From NCBI GenBank assembly GCA_965116495.1, contig OZ220696.1:2944001-3008000 (forward strand): a stretch of 64,000 nt of DNA, read 5' to 3'. Position 1 is the first letter of the stretch, and every line of letters begins with the position of its first letter. Position numbers and translations under genes: made by a program. The stretch is from Gammaproteobacteria bacterium. GTDB lineage: Bacteria; Pseudomonadota; Gammaproteobacteria; Eutrophobiales; Eutrophobiaceae. Below, piece by piece: positions 48,506 through 57,917 of the stretch. Below the pieces are notes generated by a model. That model had not been told where the DNA came from. It saw nothing but the letters and a program-made list of their open reading frames with translations, and did not search any database.

Positions 48506-49194
48506 GATCCTGTACACTCCTCATTTGATTCGTCATAAGTCAGTGTTTGAACCCGCCATGCTGCCTTGGATTTCAACTTGCTGAAACTGACTCTTACCCT
48601 GAAATCTTCCCCCAGTGTGGGAGCATTCCTTCCCGCTAGCCAAATACCATCATCAGCATTAGGATTATACCTTTTTTGCAACCGACCGTTGGGTATAGCA
48701 GCGATGGTGACCTCGCGTAAATGATGCACTTCATCGGCATCATCTTCATACTGAAAATGTACGAGACAAGTGGTAGTTAAATAATTTTTTCCGCCATACT
48801 CGGAAATTTCAGGGAGAGAGCCCTGTTCATTAACTTCCGTTCCCGCCCGCTGCTGTCTAGTGCACATCGAGGTCTGGGACATCTGTATTGTTGCGGAGCG
48901 GCTTTCTTTTTCCGCCTTAGAATCGATGAATAGCGCTTGTCTGATTGTTTGCTCTGGCAGGATGATATATCTTGCTTTTTTGTAATCTACCGTACCATAG
49001 ATTCTCTGTTGAACGTTAAAGCCGGAAAGTCTGTCCAGTAACTCCCTTGTGACATCTTCCGCAATGTCTTTGACATTATCCGGTGATTTAAGAAATATCT
49101 CATGAGCTTCCATACCGAAATCCAACACTGCCTGAAATACCCATCGCAATGTAAGCTTTTCTATCTCTTCGATTTCCTGCAGTGAAATATCCAT
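48493..49194 (-). CDS. SfiI-family type II restriction endonuclease
   Basis: Resembles SfiI as recalled (EK.TLR, AED.T, DYK..R, DSKA, .P..RL..RYNP, AG...P..GE..R.RV.F..LK...WR). Confidence 0.82.
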   Translation of the reverse strand: MDISLQEIEEIEKLTLRWVFQAVLDFGMEAHEIFLKSPDNVKDIAEDVTRELLDRLSGFNVQQRIYGTVDYKKARYIILPEQTIRQALFIDSKAEKESRSATIQMSQTSMCTRQQRAGTEVNEQGSLPEISEYGGKNYLTTTCLVHFQYEDDADEVHHLREVTIAAIPNGRLQKRYNPNADDGIWLAGRNAPTLGEDFRVRVSFSKLKSKAAWRVQTLTYDESNEECTGSWRS

Positions 49195-49290
49195 GAGTGT
49201 TTCTCTCCCTTAACAGAATTAATGGTTGCTTACAGTTATCATAGAGAAACAATTTATTGAGTATCAGTCAATGATACACTATCTGACAGA

Positions 49291-49515
49291 TTGTCTCTGA
49301 AACAAATATTTTCCAATATGAGATGTATATTAACCCAGGGGGATCGCCAGTTAAGGGAACCAGTCACCTCACTTGAGAATGAGAGTATCAAGTTGCAAAT
49401 TATTGACGCAGGGCTTGAGCGGGTAAGGAAGATTGCCAGGCAAAAGCGCAAGGGGCACGGCACTGTATTCGATGAATTCATTGCAGAGCGCCGGGCTGAA
49501 GCGGCGCAGGACTGA
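49291..49515 (+). pseudogene. Degenerate AbrB/MazE-type antitoxin
   Basis: C-terminus DEFIAERRAEAAQD typical of AbrB-type VapB; N-terminal fold not recognisable. Confidence 0.55.
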
Positions 49516-49517
49516 GA

Positions 49518-49600
49518 ATGGCGCAGACCATTCTTGATGCTTCCGACATGCTCGCCTAGCTGGTATAGAAAAGGATGCGGGTACAGACATCGATAAAATA
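49518..49600 (+). pseudogene. VapC (PIN) toxin remnant
   Basis: MAQTILDASDMLA then TAG at 49557, 2 nt after the antitoxin stop; end coordinate approximate. Confidence 0.55.
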
Positions 49601-49804
49601 GTTCGCGATAAGCCTGCTATTGTTACGGGGTTTTTGGCTAATGGAAGACAGTTTGCGTGTCAGGAAAAAACTACCGGCACAAAAAGGACGTATTACTATG
49701 GTTGGTATACTCTAGCTGCTAATACACCGTAACCCCCTATCTGAGATAGAAGGAAGTAGATTAAGTTCGGAAGTTTGATAGATTAGCTCTGGAATTAATT
49801 TTAC

Positions 49805-51010
49805 ATGCGCCAGTCACAATTCGTACTGCTGATGCTGGTCGGCGGCACAATCGTTGCCGTCAGCATGGGGATCCGCCAATCCTTCGGCGTGTTCCTGCAA
49901 CCGGTGGTCGCCGACCTGGAGCTTACCCGGACCGCGTTCGGGCTCACCATTGCCATTCAGAACCTTATCTGGGGACTGGCACAGCCGTTTGCCGGGATGC
50001 TGGCGGATAAATACGGCAGCTTCCGGATGTTGATCCTTTCCAGCCTGCTGTACATCGCCGGGCTGATCCTGACCGCGCATACCTCATCTGCAACCGGACT
50101 GCACCTGAGCCTGGGTATGCTGGTCGGTCTGGCAATGAGCGGAACGACGTTTACGGTGGTATTGAGCGCGGTAGGCCGGTTGGTGGCGCCGGAAAAAAGG
50201 AGCTTGGCGTTCGGCATCGTCTCCGCCGGCGGCTCCATTGGCATGTTTACCTTTGTGCCGCTGGGTCAGTTATTCATTGGCCTGTACGGCTGGTCGATCG
50301 CTTTTATTATCCTGGCGGGATGTGTCACGGTCGTGCCATTGCTGGCCCTGGTTTTTCAGCGCCAGTCAAAAGATGAATTTGGCGGACCTGATATGCCCCG
50401 GGAAACCCTGGCGCAGGTTTTGAGGAGCGCCCGGGGCCATTCCGGCTATTGGCTCTTGAACTGTGGTTTCCTCGTTTGCGGGTTCCACGTGTCTTTTATC
50501 GCCACACACCTGCCGGCATTCCTGAGTGACTCTGCCATCTCACCCATGCGCGCGGCGTTCGCGCTCGGCCTGATCGGTGTATTCAATATACTTGGTACCT
50601 ACCTGGCCGGCCTGTATGGGGGGCGTTACCGGAAAAAATACCTGTTGAGCGGTCTGTACCTGGGCCGCGCACTGGTGATTGCCCTGTTTATCGCCCTGCC
50701 CTTGAGCGACGTGACCGTGATGCTGTTTGCGGCAGCCATGGGTCTGTTATGGCTGGGTACCATACCGTTAACCAGCGGCCTGGTCGTTGAGATCTTCGGT
50801 GTCCGTTACGGCGGCACCCTGTTCGGCATCGTCTTTTTCAGCCATCAGATAGGCAGTTTCCTGGGTGCCTGGCTGGGCGGTTATTTCTTTGAGGCGACAG
50901 GGTCTTACACCCTGATGTGGCAACTGGCGATATTGCTGGGTATTGTTTCCGCTTTGCTGCATTGGCCCATCAGAGATGAACCGGTAGTTGCTCAGGCAGC
51001 GCCGGCATAA
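49805..51010 (+). CDS. MFS transporter
   Basis: About 12 TMs, GMLADKYG motif A, CGFHVSFI.THLP, FFSHQIGSFLG. Confidence 0.92.
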   Translation: MRQSQFVLLMLVGGTIVAVSMGIRQSFGVFLQPVVADLELTRTAFGLTIAIQNLIWGLAQPFAGMLADKYGSFRMLILSSLLYIAGLILTAHTSSATGLHLSLGMLVGLAMSGTTFTVVLSAVGRLVAPEKRSLAFGIVSAGGSIGMFTFVPLGQLFIGLYGWSIAFIILAGCVTVVPLLALVFQRQSKDEFGGPDMPRETLAQVLRSARGHSGYWLLNCGFLVCGFHVSFIATHLPAFLSDSAISPMRAAFALGLIGVFNILGTYLAGLYGGRYRKKYLLSGLYLGRALVIALFIALPLSDVTVMLFAAAMGLLWLGTIPLTSGLVVEIFGVRYGGTLFGIVFFSHQIGSFLGAWLGGYFFEATGSYTLMWQLAILLGIVSALLHWPIRDEPVVAQAAPA

Positions 51011-51035
51011 CGGGATTTGGCCGGAGTTACGGGCC

Positions 51036-51101
51036 GTCATTCTGGCGCACGCGAGAGCCCTGCGGAATGTCGCCCTGGGTTCCGGCGTTCGCCGGAACGA
51101 C
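51036..51101. repeat. Inverted pair of REP-like units (left copy degenerate)
   Basis: GTCATTCTGGCG... and CTGGGTTCCGGCGTTCGCCGGAACGAC, whose reverse complement matches the 9336 unit; between convergent genes. Confidence 0.65.
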
Positions 51102-51109
51102 AGTGGGTG

Positions 51110-51739
51110 TCAGCGGCGGCGTTCTTCCTGGATCAGGTGGTCCATAGCCCCAAGCATCCCCTCAAACGAGCCTGCCGAGGAGGCGGACACCAGGTACCTG
51201 CCGTTTACGATCAGGGCGGGTACACCGGTGATCCGGGCGTCGCGCGCCATTAAAAACGCCTGTTTCATCTTGACTTCGGTTTCATTTGAATCGTAGTGCC
51301 TGGCAAACTCCTCCTTGTCAAGGCCTGCCTCCGCGGCGAAATCGATCAGGCTGTCTCGGGTAAATATATTACGCCGTTTAACGTGCAACGCGTTGAACAG
51401 CGGGGTATGAAATTGTTCCAGGGCGTCCATTTTCTCTGCCGCGAAAAAGCCCCTGGCATGCACCGCCCAACGGCTGTTCAACACCCCGGGCACCTGGCGG
51501 AATACCACGTCTTCCGGTCTGGACTTAAGCCATGCCTTGATATGCGGCTCAAAGCTGAAACAGTGGGAGCAGCCGTACCAGAATATTTCGACGACCTCGA
51601 TACTGTCGCCTGACTGCGTCGGCAGGGCGGGTTTGATCTGCGTGTAGGCAGGTCCGCCGTGGGAGTGTTCCTGGACCGAAACCGGGAAAACCACAAACAG
51701 CAACAGGAATGAAAGCAGTAATCGTATTGCGCGCATCAT
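51110..51739 (-). CDS. dsbA: Thiol:disulfide interchange protein DsbA
   Basis: EVVEIFWYGCSHC, ITGVPALIVNGRY cis-Pro loop, signal peptide. Confidence 0.9.
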   Translation of the reverse strand: MMRAIRLLLSFLLLFVVFPVSVQEHSHGGPAYTQIKPALPTQSGDSIEVVEIFWYGCSHCFSFEPHIKAWLKSRPEDVVFRQVPGVLNSRWAVHARGFFAAEKMDALEQFHTPLFNALHVKRRNIFTRDSLIDFAAEAGLDKEEFARHYDSNETEVKMKQAFLMARDARITGVPALIVNGRYLVSASSAGSFEGMLGAMDHLIQEERRR

Positions 51740-52914
51740 AATTCACCATAAGAATGTAAACCGGACAGAAACATGTTGACGCCGAGGAACGCGAACAGGG
51801 TTACGAACAGGCCGACTATCGCCCAGGCAGCCATGGCCGAACCATGCCAGTTCCTGCTGATGCGCATGTGCAGCCAGGCCGCGTAATTCAACCAGACGAT
51901 CAACGCCCAGGTCTCTTTTGGGTCCCATGACCAGTATCCGCCCCAGGCCTCGGCCGCCCATAACGAACCCAGGATGGTCGCCACGGTAAAAAAGGCAAAC
52001 CCCAGGGCGATCGCCTTGTACATCATGTCGTCTATCTCCACCCGCGCCGGCAGGCGCGCCAGCAACCGACGCGGATTTGCGTCATCACCCTTGACCAGGT
52101 AAGCCAGGCCCAGCATGGCGGCGATGCTGAAGCAGCCGTAGCCGATGAAATTGGCCGGCACGTGGATCTTCATCCAGTAACTCTGCAGCGCCGGCACCAG
52201 CGGCTGGATTTCATGGGCGCCGCGGTCGAAGGTGTACCATAACAGGAAGCCGATGGCGGCGCTGATTACCAGCAGGACAAACCCGCCCAGGGCCCGCGTC
52301 CGGTAACGTTTTTCGTAATGCAGGTAGATGATCGCGGTGGTGACGCAGAACAGGATGAATACTTCATACAGGTTGCTGACCGGAATATGGCCCGTTGCCG
52401 GACTGATCAGGTAGGATTCGTACCAGCGCACCAGCAAACCGGTCAATCCCATACCCGCGCCGGTCCAGGTCAGGCCGGTGCCGACATACGCGGCAAACGC
52501 CGAACCCGTGAACAGGGAGAAGAAATAACTCAGGGTCGCCAGCACAAACAGGAAACTCATCCACATCACTGCCGATTGGCTGGCCAGGAAATACTGCAAC
52601 AGAAAACGCTGTTCGGCCTGCGCCAGGCTGGCGTTATAGAGATGGATGGAGAACAACGCCAGTGCGGCGACGATGAGCAGCAGGCGCCTGAGATCGGTCC
52701 AGGCGCTGCCGGCATATCCCAGGACCAGGGTCAGGCAGGTAAATATGATCCACTCATAGCCGTTCAGGTATTGGCGGTAATTGGCATAGACAAAGCCAAA
52801 ACCGCACAGGAGCAGTACGTACCACAGGTAATCGACCGGTCTCAACAAGGACCGGCCGGCAGCCAGACCGGTATTGCCTGTCAGGGTGTCGGATGTCATC
52901 ACATCGGTGCGCAT
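51736..52914 (-). CDS. ccsB: Cytochrome c biogenesis system II protein CcsB/ResC
   Basis: WWD domain WAAEAWGGYWSWDPKETW, HIPVSNLYE, WMKIHVP, GLHSYG. Confidence 0.95.
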   Translation of the reverse strand: MRTDVMTSDTLTGNTGLAAGRSLLRPVDYLWYVLLLCGFGFVYANYRQYLNGYEWIIFTCLTLVLGYAGSAWTDLRRLLLIVAALALFSIHLYNASLAQAEQRFLLQYFLASQSAVMWMSFLFVLATLSYFFSLFTGSAFAAYVGTGLTWTGAGMGLTGLLVRWYESYLISPATGHIPVSNLYEVFILFCVTTAIIYLHYEKRYRTRALGGFVLLVISAAIGFLLWYTFDRGAHEIQPLVPALQSYWMKIHVPANFIGYGCFSIAAMLGLAYLVKGDDANPRRLLARLPARVEIDDMMYKAIALGFAFFTVATILGSLWAAEAWGGYWSWDPKETWALIVWLNYAAWLHMRISRNWHGSAMAAWAIVGLFVTLFAFLGVNMFLSGLHSYGEL

Positions 52915-52940
52915 AGGTTGTATGACGGACGCAGGCTGAT

Positions 52941-54911
52941 TTAGTTCAGCGCAAGCAGTTGTTCTATTGTACGTGAAATCCGCACAAAATAACGACTGAA
53001 TTCGCGCGCATGGCGCGTGCGCTGGCCGGCCAGCAATACATCAGTCCCCTGTTCCCCGGATTTGACGCGCGCCCACAAACGCTGGTGGGGCACGTAGAAT
53101 AATAAAAACACCCCCGCTATCAGCAGGCAGAAGCCCAAATATACCCATTTGGTGCCCGGGGAGCGGGTGATCTGCAACCCCGACGCCTCGACATGCTCGA
53201 AACCGGTCAGTTGCAGGTAATAAGGGGAGCCGTACTGGTGCAGGGCCGACAGCGTGACGATGGCGTCGTTCAGAAACCGGATATCCCTTTCGGTTATCTC
53301 CGTAACATCCATGCCGGCATCCGCCAGCGTCGCCCTGAACGCCTGTTCCAGCCCGAAGCGCAGTATTTTCATCGACGCGCTGTTCACGGTGCGGGCGGTT
53401 TCCTCATCCATGGTGGGATCGACCTGTTGTTGCAGCATGGGGAAGCCGCCGTCCAGGAACAGGCGGACCAGCCTCAATGTTACGTTGCTCACATCCTGTT
53501 CCGACACATTTCCCCCGCTCCCCGGGAGCAGGGTTGCCTGGTTGGCGGCATAGACACGCATGAGTTTTTCTTCATCTTGCAACAGAGAAAGCAGCGCAAA
53601 AAAACGATCGGCGGACCCGTCATCGTCCACCGGGATATGCAGGAAGCGAAATTCCTCCTCCAGTGAGGAACGCACGCCGCTGAGCAGGAACTCCCGTCCT
53701 TCCACGCTGATGGGATACATGTAGTTGAGGTATTCTTTTGCCCGGCCGTCTGTACGGCGCACCTTGAAATTCACGCTGGGACCAAAGTCACGAAACTTCC
53801 TGTCCAGAGCCGGATCCTCGTTGGCAAATATATTGAACTTGCGAAATTCTTCCATTTCCAGCCGGTAGACAACGCTACTGTGCTCCAGTTCAAGGGACTG
53901 GTTCACGGTTGCCGAATAATCCAGCGTTGCCGCCGAGGCCAGGTCATGCAGCTTGAAATCCAGTTTCGAACCACCGTCACCGAAACTGGCCTGGTAGATG
54001 GTATAACCCCTGTAACTGAGCGGATGATTGACGGCAATTGTTTTTTCGATACGCCGTTCACCTTGCTGGATAACGAGGTCGCTTTCAAAGGACCTGGGCT
54101 GCCCACTGGGATAGTGTTCCACCCGGAAGTCCTCAAGTAATATGACAAAGGGCAGGGGCTGGACCAGGTATCCGGCCCCGAGGCTGATGAAGGCAGCCCC
54201 CACGGCGCGGCCTTCGGGTATGGAAACGCTGGCGCGGAAGGAGGAATTCGATACCGGCAGCTTGCTCTTGTCCGCTATCTGGCTGATGGGCAGGTCCCGG
54301 GTCTCTGCCTGCAACAGTCCCTGCATGTGCCTGATTTTCAGTGGGACGTTGCTGTCGAGAAAACCGCCGATACAGATGATCACTATTGCACAGTGCGTGA
54401 ACAGGTAACCGAAGCGGTTGCCCGCGCCTTTCATTCCCGCCAGCGTGGTGCCTCCATCCTGCCGGTTTATCCGGGTCTTGAATCCCAGTCCCCTGAAGGA
54501 GGTCGTCAATCTGGCAACCGTCTCATCGTGTGTGAGTGTGGTCCGGTACTGGCTGTGGTCCGCCAGGTTGAGCAACTGCTGTTCCTGCATGTCCTCCCGG
54601 TATTGCTTCAGGCTGGCAAGGATCCGGGGTGTGTTGCGGTAAAGGCAAATACTGGTGGAAGTCACCAGGAAGGCCAGGATCAGGATGAACCAGCCGCTTG
54701 AGTAGATATCGTACAGACCCAGTTGTTCAAAAATACCGTGCCAGAACGGGCCGAACTTGACTATGTAATTCTGGTAAGGCTCGTTTTGTTTCAGGATTGT
54801 GCCGATGACGGACGCCAGCGCCAGCGCCACGAGCAGGGTGATAGCCAGGTTCATCGAACCGAGTAACCTGAGAGCTCGGGTGGATTTGTAGCTGTTGGGA
54901 GTAGGCGCCAC
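52941..54911 (-). CDS. resB: Cytochrome c biogenesis system II protein ResB/Ccs1
   Basis: SMNLAITLL..ASVIGT, GYLFTH, VNHPL, YQASFGDGGS, SGLQITRSPG. Confidence 0.93.
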   Translation of the reverse strand: MAPTPNSYKSTRALRLLGSMNLAITLLVALALASVIGTILKQNEPYQNYIVKFGPFWHGIFEQLGLYDIYSSGWFILILAFLVTSTSICLYRNTPRILASLKQYREDMQEQQLLNLADHSQYRTTLTHDETVARLTTSFRGLGFKTRINRQDGGTTLAGMKGAGNRFGYLFTHCAIVIICIGGFLDSNVPLKIRHMQGLLQAETRDLPISQIADKSKLPVSNSSFRASVSIPEGRAVGAAFISLGAGYLVQPLPFVILLEDFRVEHYPSGQPRSFESDLVIQQGERRIEKTIAVNHPLSYRGYTIYQASFGDGGSKLDFKLHDLASAATLDYSATVNQSLELEHSSVVYRLEMEEFRKFNIFANEDPALDRKFRDFGPSVNFKVRRTDGRAKEYLNYMYPISVEGREFLLSGVRSSLEEEFRFLHIPVDDDGSADRFFALLSLLQDEEKLMRVYAANQATLLPGSGGNVSEQDVSNVTLRLVRLFLDGGFPMLQQQVDPTMDEETARTVNSASMKILRFGLEQAFRATLADAGMDVTEITERDIRFLNDAIVTLSALHQYGSPYYLQLTGFEHVEASGLQITRSPGTKWVYLGFCLLIAGVFLLFYVPHQRLWARVKSGEQGTDVLLAGQRTRHAREFSRYFVRISRTIEQLLALN

Positions 54912-54921
54912 AGCCTGTTCG

Positions 54922-55524
54922 TTAATGCAGTCCCTGGAGGTAATCGGCTACGGCCTTGATGGTGTCGTTGGACATCCTGCCGGCGATATCGCGCATGATG
55001 CCGTTGAGATCATTGGCCCGTTCCTCGGCCTTGAAGGCCTTCAGTTGAAGTTCGGTATAGGCCGCATGCTGTGCGTTGATCCGCGGGTAGTTCGCGGCGG
55101 GATTGCCTATGCCGGTAGGGCCATGGCAGGCCATGCACGCGACAAGCCCCTTTGTTACGTCACCGGCGCGATAAAGGTGAGCTCCGGGCTCCAGATTTTC
55201 CGGCCGGGCCTGTCCAATCCTGGGTTTCTGGGCAGCATAATACGCCGCGAGGTCGTCAATATCCTGGTCGCTCAGGATCATGGCCATGGGCGCCATCTGG
55301 TCGTTTTTCCGGCCTCCGGACCGGTAATCGAGCAATTGCTTTTTGATATATTCTGCATGTTGTCCGGCCAGGTTGGGCCAGGACGGGTTGCTGCTGTTGC
55401 CGTCAGGACCGTGACAAACGATACAGGTTGCCGCTTTTTGCTTGCCGGCCTCGATATTTCCCGCTGCAGTCAGGACTGTGGGCAGCAACAATAGCGCGAG
55501 GCCGCTGATCAGTTTATTCAACAT
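54922..55524 (-). CDS. Di-heme cytochrome c4
   Basis: Two CXXCH (CIVCH, CMACH), P.LAGQH..Y, signal peptide. Confidence 0.94.
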   Translation of the reverse strand: MLNKLISGLALLLLPTVLTAAGNIEAGKQKAATCIVCHGPDGNSSNPSWPNLAGQHAEYIKKQLLDYRSGGRKNDQMAPMAMILSDQDIDDLAAYYAAQKPRIGQARPENLEPGAHLYRAGDVTKGLVACMACHGPTGIGNPAANYPRINAQHAAYTELQLKAFKAEERANDLNGIMRDIAGRMSNDTIKAVADYLQGLH

Positions 55525-55629
55525 CCGGGTTAACCTTGATAAAACATATTATATTTTTGCGAATGGCGCTATCTTACAGAATAATTGGGAAAAGTGGATA
55601 GCCTTAACCGTATTATTTTGCCGGAACCT

Positions 55630-56217
55630 ATGAACAACAGCCAATATCATAAAGCCGTTTACCTCTTCAGCGCGCACCAACTGGCACAATTGCCCGCCGA
55701 TACTGGTAAGGAGATTGTCTTTGCCGGCCGGTCCAATGCCGGGAAATCGAGCGTGATCAACGCGCTCGCGCGGCAAAAGGGCCTGGCCCGGACCAGCAGG
55801 CAACCGGGCCGAACCCGGCAGCTCAATTTTTTTGCCCTGGACGCAGATGCGCGCCTCGTGGATCTGCCCGGTTACGGTTACGCCAGGGCACCGGACTCCC
55901 TGAGGCAGCATTGGGGACAACTCATCAATACATACCTGGAACGGCGCCGCTGTCTGGCCGGCCTGGTCCTGATCGTCGATATCAGGCGTTGCCTCACCGG
56001 GCTCGACCGGCAGATGCTTGACTGGTGTGAGACTAAAGCCGTGCCGGTGCATATCCTGTTGAACAAGGCAGACAAGCTTTCCCGCAGCGCTGCCGGGCAA
56101 GCTCTCGTTACGGTTGAGAATGACCTCATGGAGAACGCCAGTGTGCAACGGTTCTCGGCAGCGAAAAAACACGGCCTGGACGAATTGTACCGGGTGCTTG
56201 ATACCTGGTTGGAATAA
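55630..56217 (+). CDS. engB: GTP-binding protein EngB/YihA
   Basis: GRSNAGKSS, PGRT, DLPGYGYA, NKADKL; start at ATG 55630. Confidence 0.96.
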   Translation: MNNSQYHKAVYLFSAHQLAQLPADTGKEIVFAGRSNAGKSSVINALARQKGLARTSRQPGRTRQLNFFALDADARLVDLPGYGYARAPDSLRQHWGQLINTYLERRRCLAGLVLIVDIRRCLTGLDRQMLDWCETKAVPVHILLNKADKLSRSAAGQALVTVENDLMENASVQRFSAAKKHGLDELYRVLDTWLE

Positions 56218-56237
56218 GTTATTCCTGGCGGTAATTG

Positions 56238-56360
56238 CAAAAGGGTGGCCCCGGCGTCGTGAGGGGGAGGTAAGTCCACCGGGGCCAAGTAACCCGGTTG
56301 GGGATTACCGGGGTTCGTTTACCGTCATGCCTTGTTGACAGCGAGGAGGATTGTCCTATG
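56238..56360 (-). ncRNA. Candidate sigmaE-dependent small RNA (ErsA/Spot42 position)
   Basis: Promoter upstream, internal hairpin, terminal GGCCCCGG/CCGGGGCC stem with CU-rich loop and U-tract; convergent with engB; ends approximate. Confidence 0.6.
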
Positions 56361-56365
56361 GCTAT

Positions 56366-56392
56366 ATTGACCCGCAGGTTTTGGAAAAGTTC
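56366..56392 (-). promoter_or_regulatory. SigmaE/AlgU promoter
   Basis: Minus strand GAACTT-N16-TCAAT. Confidence 0.75.
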
Positions 56393-56596
56393 CGATTCAC
56401 CGCTGTAACGGAATTTTTATGCACAGATCAGGGATTTACCGGTGTTTTTAAGGGTTAAACACAAACAAGTAATGCAGGGGAACGTCGTATAAATTCTAAC
56501 TGTTTGAAATATATAGGTTTTGTGAAATTGTTTAAATTTTAACAATTTTGTCACAAATCCAGTATTTTTCCGTGCTTTGATGCCCGCTCACTCACT

Positions 56597-56631
56597 GTAT
56601 CCACAAAGTTATCCACAAAAAATGTGGATAA
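56597..56631. promoter_or_regulatory. Triple DnaA box (DARS-like core)
   Basis: GTATCCACA-3nt-TTATCCACA-5nt-TGTGGATAA; another box TTATGCACA at 56417-56425; AT-rich flanks. Confidence 0.75.
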
Positions 56632-56782
56632 CAAATTAACTTCAATTATGACAAGCAGTTAAGTTTTTAAAACTAGAATCCATATCAAAGACCAGCGCTA
56701 ACTTGCGAGTACAAAAATCAGCCCGGCCGCCTTGCATAACAACCGGCGGCAAGCTGTCCGGCAACAATTCCTGACCCCCGAA

Positions 56783-56983
56783 TCACAGGCTGTACTTACG
56801 CCGGAATTTGTCCACCCGGCCGGCGCTATCCAGGATCTTCTGCTTACCCGAATAGAAAGGATGGCACAGGGAACACACTTCAATGTGCAGGTCTCCCTTA
56901 TGGGTTGACTGGGTGGTGAAAATATTGCCACAACTGCAAGTGACCTTGATTTCATTATAAGTGGGATGAATCTTGGCTTTCAT
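56783..56983 (-). CDS. rpmE: 50S ribosomal protein L31 (zinc-binding form)
   Basis: [25 protein letters not shown]. Confidence 0.97.
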   Translation of the reverse strand: MKAKIHPTYNEIKVTCSCGNIFTTQSTHKGDLHIEVCSLCHPFYSGKQKILDSAGRVDKFRRKYSL

Positions 56984-57127
56984 CGTCTATCTCTGTTTCG
57001 TATCCGGGCGCAGATTGTAGTGGAAACAATCAATCAGTGCAACCCGTTAACCGCTTGCATGGTTGATTTCACTGTTTGCCGAAAGCGCCTGCAGGTTACA
57101 GTTCCCTGCAGCAGCCGACGCAGGTTC

Positions 57128-57907
57128 TCACTCTCGCTGCAGTTTGAATTCGGCAACTACGGGAGTGTGGTCAGAGGGCCGCTGTTGCCGGCGCGGCTCA
57201 ATATCTATCCAGCTGTCGGTGCAGTGCCCGCTGAGCTGGTTTGACGCCAGGATGAGGTCGATGCGCAAACCGCGGTTGCGGGCAAAATCTCCGGCACGGT
57301 AATCCCACCAGGAAAAGGAATGATGCTCCTGCCCGAACAGCCGGAAGGTATCCGTCAGGCCGCGCTCAAGGAGTCCCGACAGGGCATCCCGTTCCGGTTG
57401 ACTGCAATGAATCCTGTCCCGCCATTCCTCAGGATTGTGGACATCGGCATCCGCGGGCGTGATGTTGAAATCACCGAGCAGGACGAGTTTTTCGTAGCGT
57501 TGCGACAGTTCACCTGTAAAATCATGAAGTCGTGCCAGCCAGTCGAGTTTGTAGGCAAATTTGTCCGAACCGACCTCGGAACCGTTCGGTACGTACAGGT
57601 TCAGCACGCAAATATCGTCAACCAGAGCACACAGCACGCGTCGCTGCGGGTCATCCAGGCCAGGCAGGCCGGTATGCAACACCCGGGCCGGGTTCCTGCT
57701 CGCGATAGCGACACCGTTGTAGGTTTTTTGTCCGGAAAAAACCACCTGGTAACCTGCTTCCTGAAATCCATGGGCCGGGAAATTCTCATCCTGTGTCTTG
57801 GTTTCCTGCAAGGCAAGCGCATCCGGTTTATGGGTATCCAGCCACTGCAACACCTGCGGCAGGCGCACTTTCAGGGAATTAACGTTCCAACTGGCTATGG
57901 TCCACAT
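57128..57907 (-). CDS. xth: Exodeoxyribonuclease III
   Basis: SWNVNSL, LQETK, YVPNG, GDFNI, FSWWDYR, GLRIDLIL, PSDHTP. Confidence 0.93.
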   Translation of the reverse strand: MWTIASWNVNSLKVRLPQVLQWLDTHKPDALALQETKTQDENFPAHGFQEAGYQVVFSGQKTYNGVAIASRNPARVLHTGLPGLDDPQRRVLCALVDDICVLNLYVPNGSEVGSDKFAYKLDWLARLHDFTGELSQRYEKLVLLGDFNITPADADVHNPEEWRDRIHCSQPERDALSGLLERGLTDTFRLFGQEHHSFSWWDYRAGDFARNRGLRIDLILASNQLSGHCTDSWIDIEPRRQQRPSDHTPVVAEFKLQRE

Positions 57908-57917
57908 AGACACCGCC

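Noticed and set aside
56410-56700. Chromosomal origin oriC
   Set aside because: No dnaA, rpmH or gidA nearby, few GATC sites and no clear 13-mer repeats; box spacing fits DARS better
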